Source of the DNA: a virus
IMG/VR virus record: IMGVR_UViG_3300021594_000641
Location: 125,676 to 189,675 of that record
Reading direction: 5' to 3' (one strand)
Length of the DNA: 64,000 nucleotides
Shown: positions 22,601 to 31,438 of the stretch, piece by piece
Position numbering within the stretch: the first letter of the stretch is position 1
Layout of the letters: the number at the start of each line of letters is the position of its first letter
Notes under the pieces: generated by a model
Told to the model about the DNA's origin: nothing
Databases searched by the model: none
What the model saw: the letters and a program-made list of their open reading frames with translations, nothing else
Program-made: the position numbers and the translations under genes

Positions 22601-23662
22601 AGCAGGCCCTTCCAGCTCTCGACCTTCTGCGTCTGTTGGCAAAGCCTTTCCAGTTAAGTTGGCAGTTCTAGCCCAGTCTTTCTCTATCTGTTCGTTTGTG
22701 AATGGTTTAAAATTGTATTGGTTTACAAGATAAGGACTGCGCATATCCTCGGGTAAAACTGGAACAGCTTTGCTAATCAAGTCTAGTCTTTCAAGATTTT
22801 GAGGAGATAGCTGTGCCGCTCTAGAACTAAATTCAGGGAAGATAGCTTTTCTAACGTCTGGCTTGCCTAAAGCGCCATAACGCCAATCGACATTAGTTTC
22901 AGGTTGAGGTTTACCAGAAAAAATACTTCTATCAAACCAAGAAGGGTCTATGCTCTGCATCTGCCTTTTTTGAACGCTTCCTGGAATAGCCGGCTGTAAA
23001 ACTTTTAGTTTTGGACCAATCCCAAAAAATCTTCTGCCTCGGTCTAAGGCTTCTTCAGGCAACTTTATGTCCGTAGCGCCTTGAGCTTTTAGCTGTAAGT
23101 TTCTTGTTTCTTTATCCCTAGCCAACTGCTCTTCTTGAAGCTTTTTAAAAGCAGCGTCTTCTTTTGCAATTCTAGTTTCTACATGCGGCTCAGTTAAACT
23201 TTTAGGAATAACTTCTCCAGCGCTCTTACTAATATAAGAAGCTATAGCTTCTAACTTATTTAAAGAACCAGTTTTTTTAATTCTGTTAAAGCTGCTGACT
23301 AAGTTGTCTTCAGCCTTTTTAGTTGAAATGATCTTGGCTATGGCGTTAGCGCCATAACCCTGAGGTTGTACTATAGGACCAACAGCCGGGGCTACTGGAA
23401 CAGCCGGTTGACCTGTGGCTGGGCCAGCTGCTCCTCCGGTGGCGCTTACATTAGGTTTAGGCAGAGCTTTGTTGTTGAAGTTAGTTAGAGCTTCTTTGAC
23501 TATGGAATCGATAAGGTAGTTATCTACAAACTCATAAGCTCGCTTTTCTTTTTTCTTTTCAGGAAGGCTTTTTATGTCCTTAGTGTGCTTAGCCCACCTT
23601 TTAGCCATTTCTGGATGGTTAGCAAACATCCACCTTTGTTGAGCTTTGGACTGAAAAGGCAT
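19628..23662 (-). CDS. Large putative internal virion/ejection protein
   Basis: 1344 aa, helical and Ala/Gly-rich; N-terminal MPFQSKAQQRWMFANHPEMAKRW motif; Gly-rich hydrophobic segments (VFMYGGLGLAALGAISLV, LGLAGGLGALGLAGYNYF) as candidate TM helices. Confidence 0.6.
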   Translation of the reverse strand: MPFQSKAQQRWMFANHPEMAKRWAKHTKDIKSLPEKKKEKRAYEFVDNYLIDSIVKEALTNFNNKALPKPNVSATGGAAGPATGQPAVPVAPAVGPIVQPQGYGANAIAKIISTKKAEDNLVSSFNRIKKTGSLNKLEAIASYISKSAGEVIPKSLTEPHVETRIAKEDAAFKKLQEEQLARDKETRNLQLKAQGATDIKLPEEALDRGRRFFGIGPKLKVLQPAIPGSVQKRQMQSIDPSWFDRSIFSGKPQPETNVDWRYGALGKPDVRKAIFPEFSSRAAQLSPQNLERLDLISKAVPVLPEDMRSPYLVNQYNFKPFTNEQIEKDWARTANLTGKALPTDAEGRELEGPALEKFYADNLKYDRNAGHLFELASGKVGTPEQQEAARNHFKSIYELSKQIDENDILGREKFLRTGDSQKKLEIARQALDVLSGGVNENNSYLGNYARLAPNVAAMAFPFLRPIMPAIRSATATVPATYRYLAPRLGAAAEQAATGANTLTENFLSRLFGPSASKAQQAVSARQVPSWSEAFNSARTALERGGATNSANLARIAAGIPKPIQTAGAVAGNLSKGIFDYNYRLSPLFNAPVQIAAGLAGASPEQAAQAGELSGGYGPLPMFMRQGYKQIADAIKQVRAKNPYASTGVLKDPGAIVRNEGAAVRDEMQRILESDRASFVGPIPLGTTHPDPASILTRAIQNVANKPFIAEKAIQGPNLIQGATTIAASTIPFFQPVSNYLSGPEVVPPSLEEKQRASAQIADEQSRGFSSNEVVTPESLRTKFPGISNIAPLVSVGVADALVVSPEIAQTETNIQNLSERLSYLQPNTLEANQVKSEIASNQAVLSTHISQQYGSTPERFKSFKDSASRFADANKQYSDFASRSDQSSNMSERDRVTKLYDEANADFRKNGLPFVTDYLNHSYKVDIAPKQQHLLDSAANLAGIRQKMSTAPDTVTAEEKQAIKQAEGYVKDITTWSGVAAATNLFQSGQPIDPQFFTDSQKAVGAVSNLINTPEVKTQVATKVSSEVDKIVGADSPYAKDMTKNIYSNMSTTEKVFMYGGLGLAALGAISLVTGYGGDWLPSLGLAGGLGALGLAGYNYFSSGQSPSDLITPKGFMSFLTGSVEEDNPTERVLNQLRKDNHYGKYSIDQVKHSPLYDKVMTGGATAAEAATLLGTLDPQNRGTLLTALNNKYPTASTAMAKFDSRVAEDNKMINNLGNAPVLAKAKTFDEFNDLAGLGFKDKSGKYTFENKTPEMIERIVSVMPQTVKADLVQKIRSSIVDTYNARVDEEAKNYWYVPFASSMHKANSVKDAVEKIRAAAASPKADSTTKSIAKGLELLNITH

Positions 23663-23665
23663 GGC

Positions 23666-24010
23666 TTAATCCTGCTTAGCTGATGTTTTTTTAGCATTTT
23701 CTCTCAGCTTGTTGAAATAATCAATAGTATCATCGATATCTGAGTTAACTGTTTGCCAGTTCCATAGATGGCCAAAAACAAAATGGCAGTTCCTTCCAGG
23801 ATATCGGCAAAGGGCAATTAGATTACTTTCGTCAAGCTCCATGTCAGGATGTTCGTGAAAAGGGCGCTTGTGGTGTGCGACAAGCTTTTTGTCTATGCCG
23901 CACACCGCGCAAGTCTTACCGTAAAGAAACTTTTTGCTGAGAGCCTGCCACTTGCCACTTCTAGGTTTCCCTAGAGTAAAGAAAGAAACTAGCTTAGCTA
24001 TAAACTGCAT
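23666..24010 (-). CDS. HNH endonuclease
   Basis: CAVCG...AHHKRPF...NLIALC...CHFVFGH. Confidence 0.85.
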   Translation of the reverse strand: MQFIAKLVSFFTLGKPRSGKWQALSKKFLYGKTCAVCGIDKKLVAHHKRPFHEHPDMELDESNLIALCRYPGRNCHFVFGHLWNWQTVNSDIDDTIDYFNKLRENAKKTSAKQD

Positions 24011-24030
24011 AGCTACTTATTCCAAAACAA

Positions 24031-24315
24031 CTACCTGGTCAAAGACACAACCATCTCAAGGTCGTACTCTATTTCATACTCAGCAAATATCTTCATGTTT
24101 ACCTTTATGGCCTTGTCTGACCTGCTAGGTAAAACATCGACGTAGAGGAAATCAGTTTCTTCAAGGGCAGCTCTTATGGCCTTCTTTACTAAATGAAAAG
24201 CTTTCTTGTAGCTAAGCTTGTTAAATCCTGGAAGACACATGGCAGAGTTAACCCTGTCCATGATCACGTTAAAAGCCTTCTGGACTATCAACCCTTGATC
24301 TGAATTAACTTCCAT
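24031..24315 (-). CDS. Hypothetical protein (start revised to ATG 24315, MEVNSDQ)
   Basis: Revised start removes the overlap with the upstream gene. Confidence 0.6.
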   Translation of the reverse strand: MEVNSDQGLIVQKAFNVIMDRVNSAMCLPGFNKLSYKKAFHLVKKAIRAALEETDFLYVDVLPSRSDKAIKVNMKIFAEYEIEYDLEMVVSLTR

Positions 24316-24322
24316 GGCTGCT

Positions 24323-24712
24323 TTACCCCGTGATTGGAATAGAAGTATCCACCTGTCTAAAAACAATAGGACCTCCTTGTCTAGAAGGAGCATTAATCTC
24401 AATAGAACTGGTCTTATCTTTATTAACAGTACTCTGATCAACAAACACTACCCTCGTATAATCAGCGAACTGCAAAGCCAAGCCCTTGTCCAAATAAGTA
24501 AAAGTAGCTGGAGGGTTTTCCAAAAGCTTACTTTTTATAAAATGGACAAAAGCCTCTACCTCCTGTTTTAGCTTCTTACTGGTCGGAGTTTCTTTTTTAT
24601 CTTCCTTTGACTCCAAGTACTTTTTCAGCATCAAGTCAAAAAAATCAGGGTCTTCGTTCGTATACACTTTGAAGCCGGCGTTCTTGTATGCTTCAAGTTC
24701 TTTCTTTTCCAC
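24323..24712 (-). CDS. Hypothetical protein
   Basis: GTG start with AAGGTGG RBS; 129 aa. Confidence 0.65.
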   Translation of the reverse strand: MEKKELEAYKNAGFKVYTNEDPDFFDLMLKKYLESKEDKKETPTSKKLKQEVEAFVHFIKSKLLENPPATFTYLDKGLALQFADYTRVVFVDQSTVNKDKTSSIEINAPSRQGGPIVFRQVDTSIPITG

Positions 24713-24771
24713 AACCCACCTTACTTTCTTTTCTAGTGTCTATACGCACTGACCCTGCGCGGTACCTCTTC

Positions 24772-24799
24772 AGTATATACGCGAACGACCAAATGTCTA
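24772..24799 (-). promoter_or_regulatory. Sigma70-like promoter
   Basis: TAGACA-N16-TATACT in the intergenic gap upstream of 24712. Confidence 0.45.
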
Positions 24800-24817
24800 A
24801 GAGAATGATTTTTGCTT

Positions 24818-25885
24818 TTACTTGCTAAGCTGGGCGTCTATGACTTCGGCCCATAAAGCTGAGAATTGTTTACGCCTGGCCTCAAGTCCTACAGAAGTTG
24901 AAGCTCGCATCTTGTTCAAAATGCTTTTGTTATTAAAAACAAAACTTAATGTTTTACGTATGGAACTGTCGCTGTGAAGAGCGTAGCTTACTCCCAGGTC
25001 TGTACTGCTCGACCCACATTCCAAAAGAAATCCATTAATGGAATTGCTGACTATTTCGTTCATTGGAGGAAAGTCGTAACAAACTACCGGTGTTCCCATA
25101 GTTAATGATTCTAAAACAACTGAACCAAAGCTTTCTATCTGGCCTGGGTATACAGTTATATCGTGTTCTCCATATATAAGCGGGGTTTCAAACCAGCCAG
25201 TAGGATCATCTATAGCGATTATAGAACTGCCGTTTTCTTTGGCTACCGTTAAGGCTTTTAATTGATTTTTTGAAAGCTTTGCAACTTTATTGCTAAACAA
25301 AAAAGTTATTTTGATTCCTGGGTTATCGTCCAGTACAGCTATTAAAGTTTCATACAGCTTTGTGACATCTACTCTTTTGATTTGAAAACCAGGACAAGCT
25401 ACTAGCACCTTTAAAGGCTCAGAGTCGGTTCTGTCTATTTGAGAAAACGCCCAGTTGCAGTCCCAAGGAATATGCACAACGTTTTTAAGCCTCCAGTAGG
25501 ACTGGAAGTATTTAGCCTGTTGAGCAGAAGGAGTTACTACAGTAGTGCCTTGTTTAAGAGAAGAAACTATATCCGCGTCTACGCTATCCCACGTTGCTAC
25601 ACAGGTTACTGGCGTTCCTCTTTTCTTTATGGCTTTTATTTCTTGTGCGTCTGAGTAACTAAAAAATATCAGCCTGTCTACAGAAGCGCTCCAGGTTTCA
25701 AAGCTTACTTGCTTTGAACTTTTGACAAACTCGTCCCAGTAGTCATGCAGAGCTATTCTTGTTGTAGGCTCTAGCCTATTATATATAGTGACATCATAAC
25801 CTAAATTTTCCAACACTTCAGCTGTTTTTAAAGCCGCGTAAGTGAAGTCATGCCTCGCGTAATTTAGCGATATGCCTACTTTCAT
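24818..25885 (-). CDS. GT-B fold (family 4-like) glycosyltransferase
   Basis: DITVYPGQIESFGSVVLESLTMGTPVVCYDFPPMNEIV...NGFLL (Ex7E motif). Confidence 0.9.
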   Translation of the reverse strand: MKVGISLNYARHDFTYAALKTAEVLENLGYDVTIYNRLEPTTRIALHDYWDEFVKSSKQVSFETWSASVDRLIFFSYSDAQEIKAIKKRGTPVTCVATWDSVDADIVSSLKQGTTVVTPSAQQAKYFQSYWRLKNVVHIPWDCNWAFSQIDRTDSEPLKVLVACPGFQIKRVDVTKLYETLIAVLDDNPGIKITFLFSNKVAKLSKNQLKALTVAKENGSSIIAIDDPTGWFETPLIYGEHDITVYPGQIESFGSVVLESLTMGTPVVCYDFPPMNEIVSNSINGFLLECGSSSTDLGVSYALHSDSSIRKTLSFVFNNKSILNKMRASTSVGLEARRKQFSALWAEVIDAQLSK

Positions 25886-25899
25886 TTACGTGGCCTCTA

Positions 25900-26520
25900 T
25901 CAGTTGTGAACATACAGATATCCGTCTACTTTCGATATTTTACCTTTAACAGCCAAGAACAGTTTTTTTATAAAAAACCAGTCTGCTGCGAAAGAGTAGT
26001 CTGTCCAGTTTACCAGTTTTACTACTTCAGTAGAAGCCATCCAGCAACCTACGTCTACTTTTCCTCTAGCCATTTCTGTATTAAGTGGCTGCCAAAGTTT
26101 ATGACTGTGTATCATGTTGCATATGCACATTTTGGTAGAGTCTTTTTGCATTTTATATAACATGTTTTCAAAATAATTAGGAGTATACCAACAGTCTCCA
26201 TTAGTAGTACATAAGTGAGTACAGCCAAGACTGGCTAAATAGGAGAACCCAGGATAACGCATGTCGTGGCCAAATTTATTTTGTCTTTCTCTGGTTTCTA
26301 TAAAAATAAATCTATCGTCTTTTCCTACTAAAACATTAACTGCCGCTTTTACTTCGGGAGTTGCGGGTCCGTCGTGAGATATGGCTATTTTAAAATTTTT
26401 CCACGTTTGAGCTTTTAAGCTAGCTAGCAAAGATTGAAGAGGTTCTATTTGATTGTATGTTACGACAACCATACCTACTAAAGGATTGTCGTTAATACTT
26501 TTAAGTTTCCAAAAACGCAT
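25900..26520 (-). CDS. GT-A fold (family 2-like) glycosyltransferase
   Basis: VGMVVVTYNQ, QTWKNFKIAISHDG, TTNGDCWY, AADWFF. Confidence 0.85.
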   Translation of the reverse strand: MRFWKLKSINDNPLVGMVVVTYNQIEPLQSLLASLKAQTWKNFKIAISHDGPATPEVKAAVNVLVGKDDRFIFIETRERQNKFGHDMRYPGFSYLASLGCTHLCTTNGDCWYTPNYFENMLYKMQKDSTKMCICNMIHSHKLWQPLNTEMARGKVDVGCWMASTEVVKLVNWTDYSFAADWFFIKKLFLAVKGKISKVDGYLYVHN

Positions 26521-26521
26521 T

Positions 26522-27286
26522 TTAGCCCTTACTTTTTCGGTACCATCCTTGGTATTGCTTGCCTGTTTTTACAGCTCTGCTGACACTTCTGTAGTGCCAT
26601 ACAAAGCTGTAAGGGCAGTATCCTACTTTTCTACCCATGCCTAGCCATCTACCTATGAGCTCATCTTCATTCCTCATCATTTTATTTTTTGGGTTAAAAA
26701 CACAAGAAGAATCAAACGCTCCGGACCACCAAGTATCTGTAAGTGCAGCCATGCAAAATCCGTTTATAAGCGTTTGAACAAAATCCTCGTCCTTTCTTTC
26801 CATAAGCTTTTCTTGCACTTGGTCTATGTAATCGTCTGAATCATCAAGATTATAATCAGGAATCAAGGTCGTTATCTGCTGTTTCTGACGATGCCCCGGA
26901 GCGTTTGTTGCGGGACCTACGAGGTCTGCGCGATTTTCTCTTAGAAGTTGAAATATCTTCATCGACCAGTTCTTCGGAAACTTCAAGTCGCTGTTCGCTG
27001 GTACCGCTATCGGTATTCTCAGTTCCTTTGCCTTCTGAAGTCCCCAGTTCCAGCTCCTGGTCAGGTTCTGGTCGTTCTGAGGAAACCTGTGTATTATCAA
27101 CCGGTCCTGCGGTAGGCAACTCCAGATTGACGAATCCCACTCCGGACTCGCATCGTCTACTACCATCACAATGCTGTTTGGCGTATTCGCAAGAGCTGTC
27201 TTTGCAGATAACAGTGCATAATCCAGGTGATTGTAAGTCGGGATTATCACAGCTGCTTCCAGGTTGGCTGCAAGGCTGCTCGACAT
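26522..27286 (-). CDS. GT-A fold (family 2) glycosyltransferase (start revised to 27286)
   Basis: AVIIPTYN, VVDDAS, SWNWGL, NSDL, NEDEL; GAGG RBS before MSSSLAAN. Confidence 0.85.
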   Translation of the reverse strand: MSSSLAANLEAAVIIPTYNHLDYALLSAKTALANTPNSIVMVVDDASPEWDSSIWSCLPQDRLIIHRFPQNDQNLTRSWNWGLQKAKELRIPIAVPANSDLKFPKNWSMKIFQLLRENRADLVGPATNAPGHRQKQQITTLIPDYNLDDSDDYIDQVQEKLMERKDEDFVQTLINGFCMAALTDTWWSGAFDSSCVFNPKNKMMRNEDELIGRWLGMGRKVGYCPYSFVWHYRSVSRAVKTGKQYQGWYRKSKG

Positions 27287-27977
27287 TTTCAACCTCTGTC
27301 TTGGGTTCTTCTTTAGGTACGACAAATTCTGGAACAGGTACGGAATCATTAGTGTCTAGCGTGCCCGTTTTAGTTATCTTAACCATTTGAACAGACAGAC
27401 CAAACTCTGGATAGGCATCTACAGGTTCAAGTATTTCTACTTTCAAACCTGACCTCTTTACAAGTTCATTTATAACTAAGAAAGCGCAACCAGAGAAATG
27501 ACTACTAGCGTAATAACCGTCTACTAAAATTACAGAATCTTCTCCAGTCAGTTTTATAGCGTACTCTATATCTGACTGTACCGTAGCCAAAGACTTTCCT
27601 CCGTCTATAAAAATAACATCCATTTTTGGTAATTTTTTTACAGCTTCAGGCAATGTTTTTTTACTATCGCCTTTGAATAAGTTAATTGCTTTAACTTTAG
27701 CTTTACCTTTTAAATAATCCATGACTTCAGAATAAGATGGAGCAAAAGGTCTACGGCAGCCTTCTACTTCGCTAACTTCATGGGTCATGTCTTCAAATAA
27801 ATCAAAACCATAATACTCAATATTTTTTCTTCCATTAGCGTAGGCCCTGTTGGCCATTAGTTTTCCTTGGATGCCGTGGAAACAGCCTATTTCCATAATT
27901 TTAAAAGGCTTATGTTTCTGGCCTTTTACAGAAGTTTCATCCACGGCGGTCATAAGATGTTGATAACGCAAAGTCAT
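26856..27977 (-). CDS. Class I SAM-dependent methyltransferase with a long C-terminal extension overlapping the next gene
   Basis: IMEIGCFHG, YYGFDLF, LFKGDS, DVIFIDGG motifs. Confidence 0.8.
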   Translation of the reverse strand: MTLRYQHLMTAVDETSVKGQKHKPFKIMEIGCFHGIQGKLMANRAYANGRKNIEYYGFDLFEDMTHEVSEVEGCRRPFAPSYSEVMDYLKGKAKVKAINLFKGDSKKTLPEAVKKLPKMDVIFIDGGKSLATVQSDIEYAIKLTGEDSVILVDGYYASSHFSGCAFLVINELVKRSGLKVEILEPVDAYPEFGLSVQMVKITKTGTLDTNDSVPVPEFVVPKEEPKTEVENVEQPCSQPGSSCDNPDLQSPGLCTVICKDSSCEYAKQHCDGSRRCESGVGFVNLELPTAGPVDNTQVSSERPEPDQELELGTSEGKGTENTDSGTSEQRLEVSEELVDEDISTSKRKSRRPRRSRNKRSGASSETADNDLDS

Positions 27978-28047
27978 AAAGCACCCCCTTTAGATAAAGC
28001 AATTTACTATTAAGTTTTTAACAAAGCAACCCTAGATATGCTTATAT

Positions 28048-28080
28048 AAGTAAAGCAAGCCGGTTAAGCTTGCTTTACTT
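28048..28080. promoter_or_regulatory. 13-bp perfect hairpin in an AT-rich intergenic region; sigma70-like TTGCTT-N17-TAAATT downstream on the minus strand
   Basis: AAGTAAAGCAAGC-cggttaa-GCTTGCTTTACTT. Confidence 0.5.
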
Positions 28081-28109
28081 AATTTAAAAATTTTACAGGC
28101 GTATCTTAT

Positions 28110-28319
28110 TTACATTTTATTTTCTATGAGCTTTTTATAGTGTTTTTCACAATACCAAACGTCCATAGTTTCTAAACAGTCCTGTCCTGTTTCACTCGAG
28201 GAATTAGCCGAAATACTTAAATGATGCGTACCATTTTTATTGCACTTAGCAAAAGCGCATCTTTGCACAGCAACGCAAAAAGAGCCGCTATTGCCCGCAG
28301 CAGTTGATTTTGACGCCAT
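28110..28319 (-). CDS. Small Cys-rich hypothetical protein
   Basis: CAFAKC...C...YCEKH, possible Zn binding. Confidence 0.55.
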   Translation of the reverse strand: MASKSTAAGNSGSFCVAVQRCAFAKCNKNGTHHLSISANSSSETGQDCLETMDVWYCEKHYKKLIENKM

Positions 28320-28500
28320 GGTATTTCCTCGAGTCGTTAACTATAAGCAAAGAAGAATCACCATCAGCTTGAGTAATCTCCAGGCTTAAATCGACAGGAG
28401 TATTCCATTCTGTAGATTGTATAGCCTCGTTCAAATTTTTCAAAATATCTAAAACAGCTTCGCTATTCTCTGCTTTTATGTTTATAGATATTTCAATCAT
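28288..28500 (-). CDS. Hypothetical protein
   Basis: 70-aa ORF filling the gap downstream of the portal. Confidence 0.55.
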   Translation of the reverse strand: MIEISINIKAENSEAVLDILKNLNEAIQSTEWNTPVDLSLEITQADGDSSLLIVNDSRKYHGVKINCCGQ

Positions 28501-28520
28501 ATTATCTTTCTTAGTTAAAT

Positions 28521-30434
28521 TTATTGCCCGCCAAATTGCTGCTGCATTACCATCTGACCTCCAGCTGTTCTAGCCTGCTGCCGGATGTTTTCAATAGTTT
28601 GTTTAACCGCAGCGTGCAAAGTTGGATCTTGCCCTTTTAGCTTTGTCATTTCTGACTGTCTTTGAGATTCAGGGACGCTAAGAAGCTGAGAAGCTATAGC
28701 CTCGGCTTTAGCCTGCAGCTCTTGAGGTGTTATTTTTTGGCCTGGCTGCGTTGGCGTAGTCAGAGACATCTGCTGAGCCGCCGCGTCCATTGGCCCTGCT
28801 GGAGGTTGGTTTGGAGGAGTTGCTCCTCCAGGTGCCGGAGCTCCGCCGGTAGCTGGGGCTGCTCCGGGTGCGGGAGGAGCCTGCGGAGGTGGCGCGGCCA
28901 TCTGATCCATGATAGAAGCAGTATCCATTTCTTCTTGAAGTTTGGCCTGCTCTTCTTGTTTGAACCTCTGCTCTTCCAGAGTTTGTCTTGTTTCTTCCTT
29001 GAAATCCAAACCCATACCGCGAAGAGCTGTGGTCTGGCTGATTTGCTGAGCTTGCATTAGCTGCAGCTTTGCCATCACGTTGTTCATGTCGTCGGTCAAA
29101 GTAGGAGGCAATAGAGAAGCTCTGGCCGGTTCCCAGCCCATAGAGTCAGCTGTCCGCATGGTAACGAACGTCAAGAAGTCGTTCATGTAATGAGTTAAAT
29201 AAGTCCAGCTAGACTGGAAAAGTCTAATAGCTGGAAGCATAGCTTGAAGACTTAGGGTGCCGTTGTACAGCTCTGCCGGCATGCCGAACCCGTTCAACAA
29301 AGTAGTTATGCCTTGTTGCATTAATTCTGTAGGTGCGAGCTTGCTGGCTTCTCCGCCTAGCATTTGATACTGGATAGGATGGCTCAAGAAATGCCAAGCT
29401 GCTGGGTCTCTGCGCCTTTTACGTAGCATACTTTGTACTTGAGACGAGAACCCGCCCAAGTCCATGTTCATCAAAGGGTCTCCAGCTTCTGGGTTACTGG
29501 AACTGCTGGGAGCTGGGGTTAAAACCCTAAAAGGCACAACGTAGTCCAAGGCTATGGCTTCGTTATATCTGTGAAGAACTTGGCAGTACCAAGCCTGACG
29601 GAAATTAACCAGAGTTCTAGATATGCCCCATCCTCTAGACCTTACACCTGCAAGAGTTGGCTCGTGCATGTGGAAAACAACGTCTTTATCAAAAAGCAAG
29701 TAGCCGTTTGACTGTATGGCTTCGACAACTTCCCAAGGAACTGTAGGCAGTACTTGCGGATCGCCTCTTCTAACTTGCAGTCTGTAGTCTTCAGGTATTC
29801 TCCAGATATATTCTCTGAAGTCATTTATCATGTCATACCGTATTTCCATTTCATACGGAGACCAGCGTTTGATTGTTATTTGTTTTTCGTCAGTAAGACG
29901 TCTGTCTACCCTGTGCCATTTACCGGAATATCCGCATTTAGGATTGGGGCATTTAGCGACAAAATCAGGCATCTGCCATTTAAAAGAAAAAACAGGGTTT
30001 TTCATCATCTCTGTTAGAGGGACGTCAAAATAACATTTTGGGCAACTTAGATAACGTCTAAAAGGCAAAACTAAACTTGTAAAGCTATTTCCGTAGCACA
30101 AAAAGTCTAAAGCAACAGAGTGTAGAACTTGCTTTACTTTTAAAACGTTATTTAAAAATATCTCGTACTTCTGTCTTTCGTCGTCTCCTAACTTTTCTCC
30201 ATCTTGAGATTCAACTTTTATGTCAGTAATGAAATAAGAAACTATGCGCCTGGCTGCTTCTCTGATCATTGAGTTTACGTGAAAAGTAAACTCACAAAAC
30301 CTAAGGGCATCGCGGATATTTTCCGGCATCACCGTGGACGCGTAGTCCATGAACGGATCTGGAAAAGGCTCTTCGCCCCTGTTCAGGTTCCAGTTCTTGC
30401 CTATAGAACTTTCAAAAAGGTCGCCGGATGGCAT
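28521..30434 (-). CDS. Probable portal protein
   Basis: 637 aa; FPDPFMDYAS...LRFCEF...RIVSYFIT N-terminus and Pro/Gln-rich C-terminal tail as in large-phage portals; internal CPKC...CPNPKC Zn ribbon. Confidence 0.65.
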   Translation of the reverse strand: MPSGDLFESSIGKNWNLNRGEEPFPDPFMDYASTVMPENIRDALRFCEFTFHVNSMIREAARRIVSYFITDIKVESQDGEKLGDDERQKYEIFLNNVLKVKQVLHSVALDFLCYGNSFTSLVLPFRRYLSCPKCYFDVPLTEMMKNPVFSFKWQMPDFVAKCPNPKCGYSGKWHRVDRRLTDEKQITIKRWSPYEMEIRYDMINDFREYIWRIPEDYRLQVRRGDPQVLPTVPWEVVEAIQSNGYLLFDKDVVFHMHEPTLAGVRSRGWGISRTLVNFRQAWYCQVLHRYNEAIALDYVVPFRVLTPAPSSSSNPEAGDPLMNMDLGGFSSQVQSMLRKRRRDPAAWHFLSHPIQYQMLGGEASKLAPTELMQQGITTLLNGFGMPAELYNGTLSLQAMLPAIRLFQSSWTYLTHYMNDFLTFVTMRTADSMGWEPARASLLPPTLTDDMNNVMAKLQLMQAQQISQTTALRGMGLDFKEETRQTLEEQRFKQEEQAKLQEEMDTASIMDQMAAPPPQAPPAPGAAPATGGAPAPGGATPPNQPPAGPMDAAAQQMSLTTPTQPGQKITPQELQAKAEAIASQLLSVPESQRQSEMTKLKGQDPTLHAAVKQTIENIRQQARTAGGQMVMQQQFGGQ

Positions 30435-30438
30435 TTTT

Positions 30439-30624
30439 CTAGTCTCGTTTTAAAAGCTTAGATGAAACAGCGTCGGATAAAGACTTGGTCACATGAGTCT
30501 CCAAATCAGAGAACTCCGCCGAAGCCTCCTTCAACGCTTTCGTAGTCTGGCTCTCCCGAGTCGACTCCGGAAAATTCTGGGGAGTTATCCCCTTCGCTAT
30601 CACCGCTCTCTTTTCCATTTTCAA
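30439..30624 (-). CDS. Small hypothetical protein directly upstream of the portal
   Basis: MEKRAVIAKGITP...LKEASAEF; ends 4 nt before the portal ATG; overlaps the 3' end of 30506..31306. Confidence 0.55.
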   Translation of the reverse strand: MKMEKRAVIAKGITPQNFPESTRESQTTKALKEASAEFSDLETHVTKSLSDAVSSKLLKRD

Positions 30625-31306
30625 GTTCCCCTGTGGCTATGTCGACTATACCAAGCTCCTTGGCCATTTCAGAAGTAAGATTTTTAGAGCTTCCGACGGG
30701 AACTACGCAAATTTCAAAAGGATCGCATTCAAACTTTATAGGAAAATTTTTAACAGAAGGATCTAGTAAGAATAAGCTTTTAGTACCCTGCACGTAAACA
30801 CCTACTGGTTTTCTTTCTTCATTAGGACGCATGTTACAATAAGGATAAAACTCAGCGGATCCTCCAAAACGTTTGTCAGTTACAAATATTAAATAATTGC
30901 TAACAACTTTAACTTCATGGTATTTAAAAGATATAGAGCCGCAGCCTGGCATATCAAAATAAACTTTTGTTTGAGGTGACGTTACAGCTGCTTTGGGCAA
31001 AACGGCTGCGGGATGCGCGTGATTAATTTCATTGATGTTAGGTATAGCCCTTCCTACTTTAATAACGTCTCTGGGTAAATCTTCTGAAGAAGCTAGTTTG
31101 AACAAGTTACTAGCAATCTCTTCCCTGTTAACCACGTTGTTCCCCTTTTTGTCAGGTCCTGAAGTCTTACCGCTTAATCTATCAAGGCTGATAGTAAACG
31201 ACTCGCCCAAATGCGCCCTGTCAGGGTCAACAACTATCTCAGTGATTTGTTTGTTGTGAAAAATAGTAGACTGAGATTTGCCCGATACTGCGGAGTCAAC
31301 GCTCAT
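30506..31306 (-). CDS. Hypothetical protein
   Basis: AAAGGA RBS, 266 aa. Confidence 0.7.
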   Translation of the reverse strand: MSVDSAVSGKSQSTIFHNKQITEIVVDPDRAHLGESFTISLDRLSGKTSGPDKKGNNVVNREEIASNLFKLASSEDLPRDVIKVGRAIPNINEINHAHPAAVLPKAAVTSPQTKVYFDMPGCGSISFKYHEVKVVSNYLIFVTDKRFGGSAEFYPYCNMRPNEERKPVGVYVQGTKSLFLLDPSVKNFPIKFECDPFEICVVPVGSSKNLTSEMAKELGIVDIATGELENGKESGDSEGDNSPEFSGVDSGEPDYESVEGGFGGVL

Positions 31307-31387
31307 GGCTTTCCTTTCATGTAAATCTGTCTTATGAAAATACTATATCCAATCTTATCTTATTAACCAGACCTTTACCCAATAGCT

Positions 31388-31424
31388 AAAAAAAACCCGG
31401 CCTGACTCTAACGAGTCAAGCCGG
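31388..31424 (-). terminator. Intrinsic terminator of the 31439 gene
   Basis: CCGGCTTGACTC-gtta-GAGTCAGGCCGG followed by G and T8 on the minus strand. Confidence 0.85.
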
Positions 31425-31438
31425 ATCAGGCATCAGGT

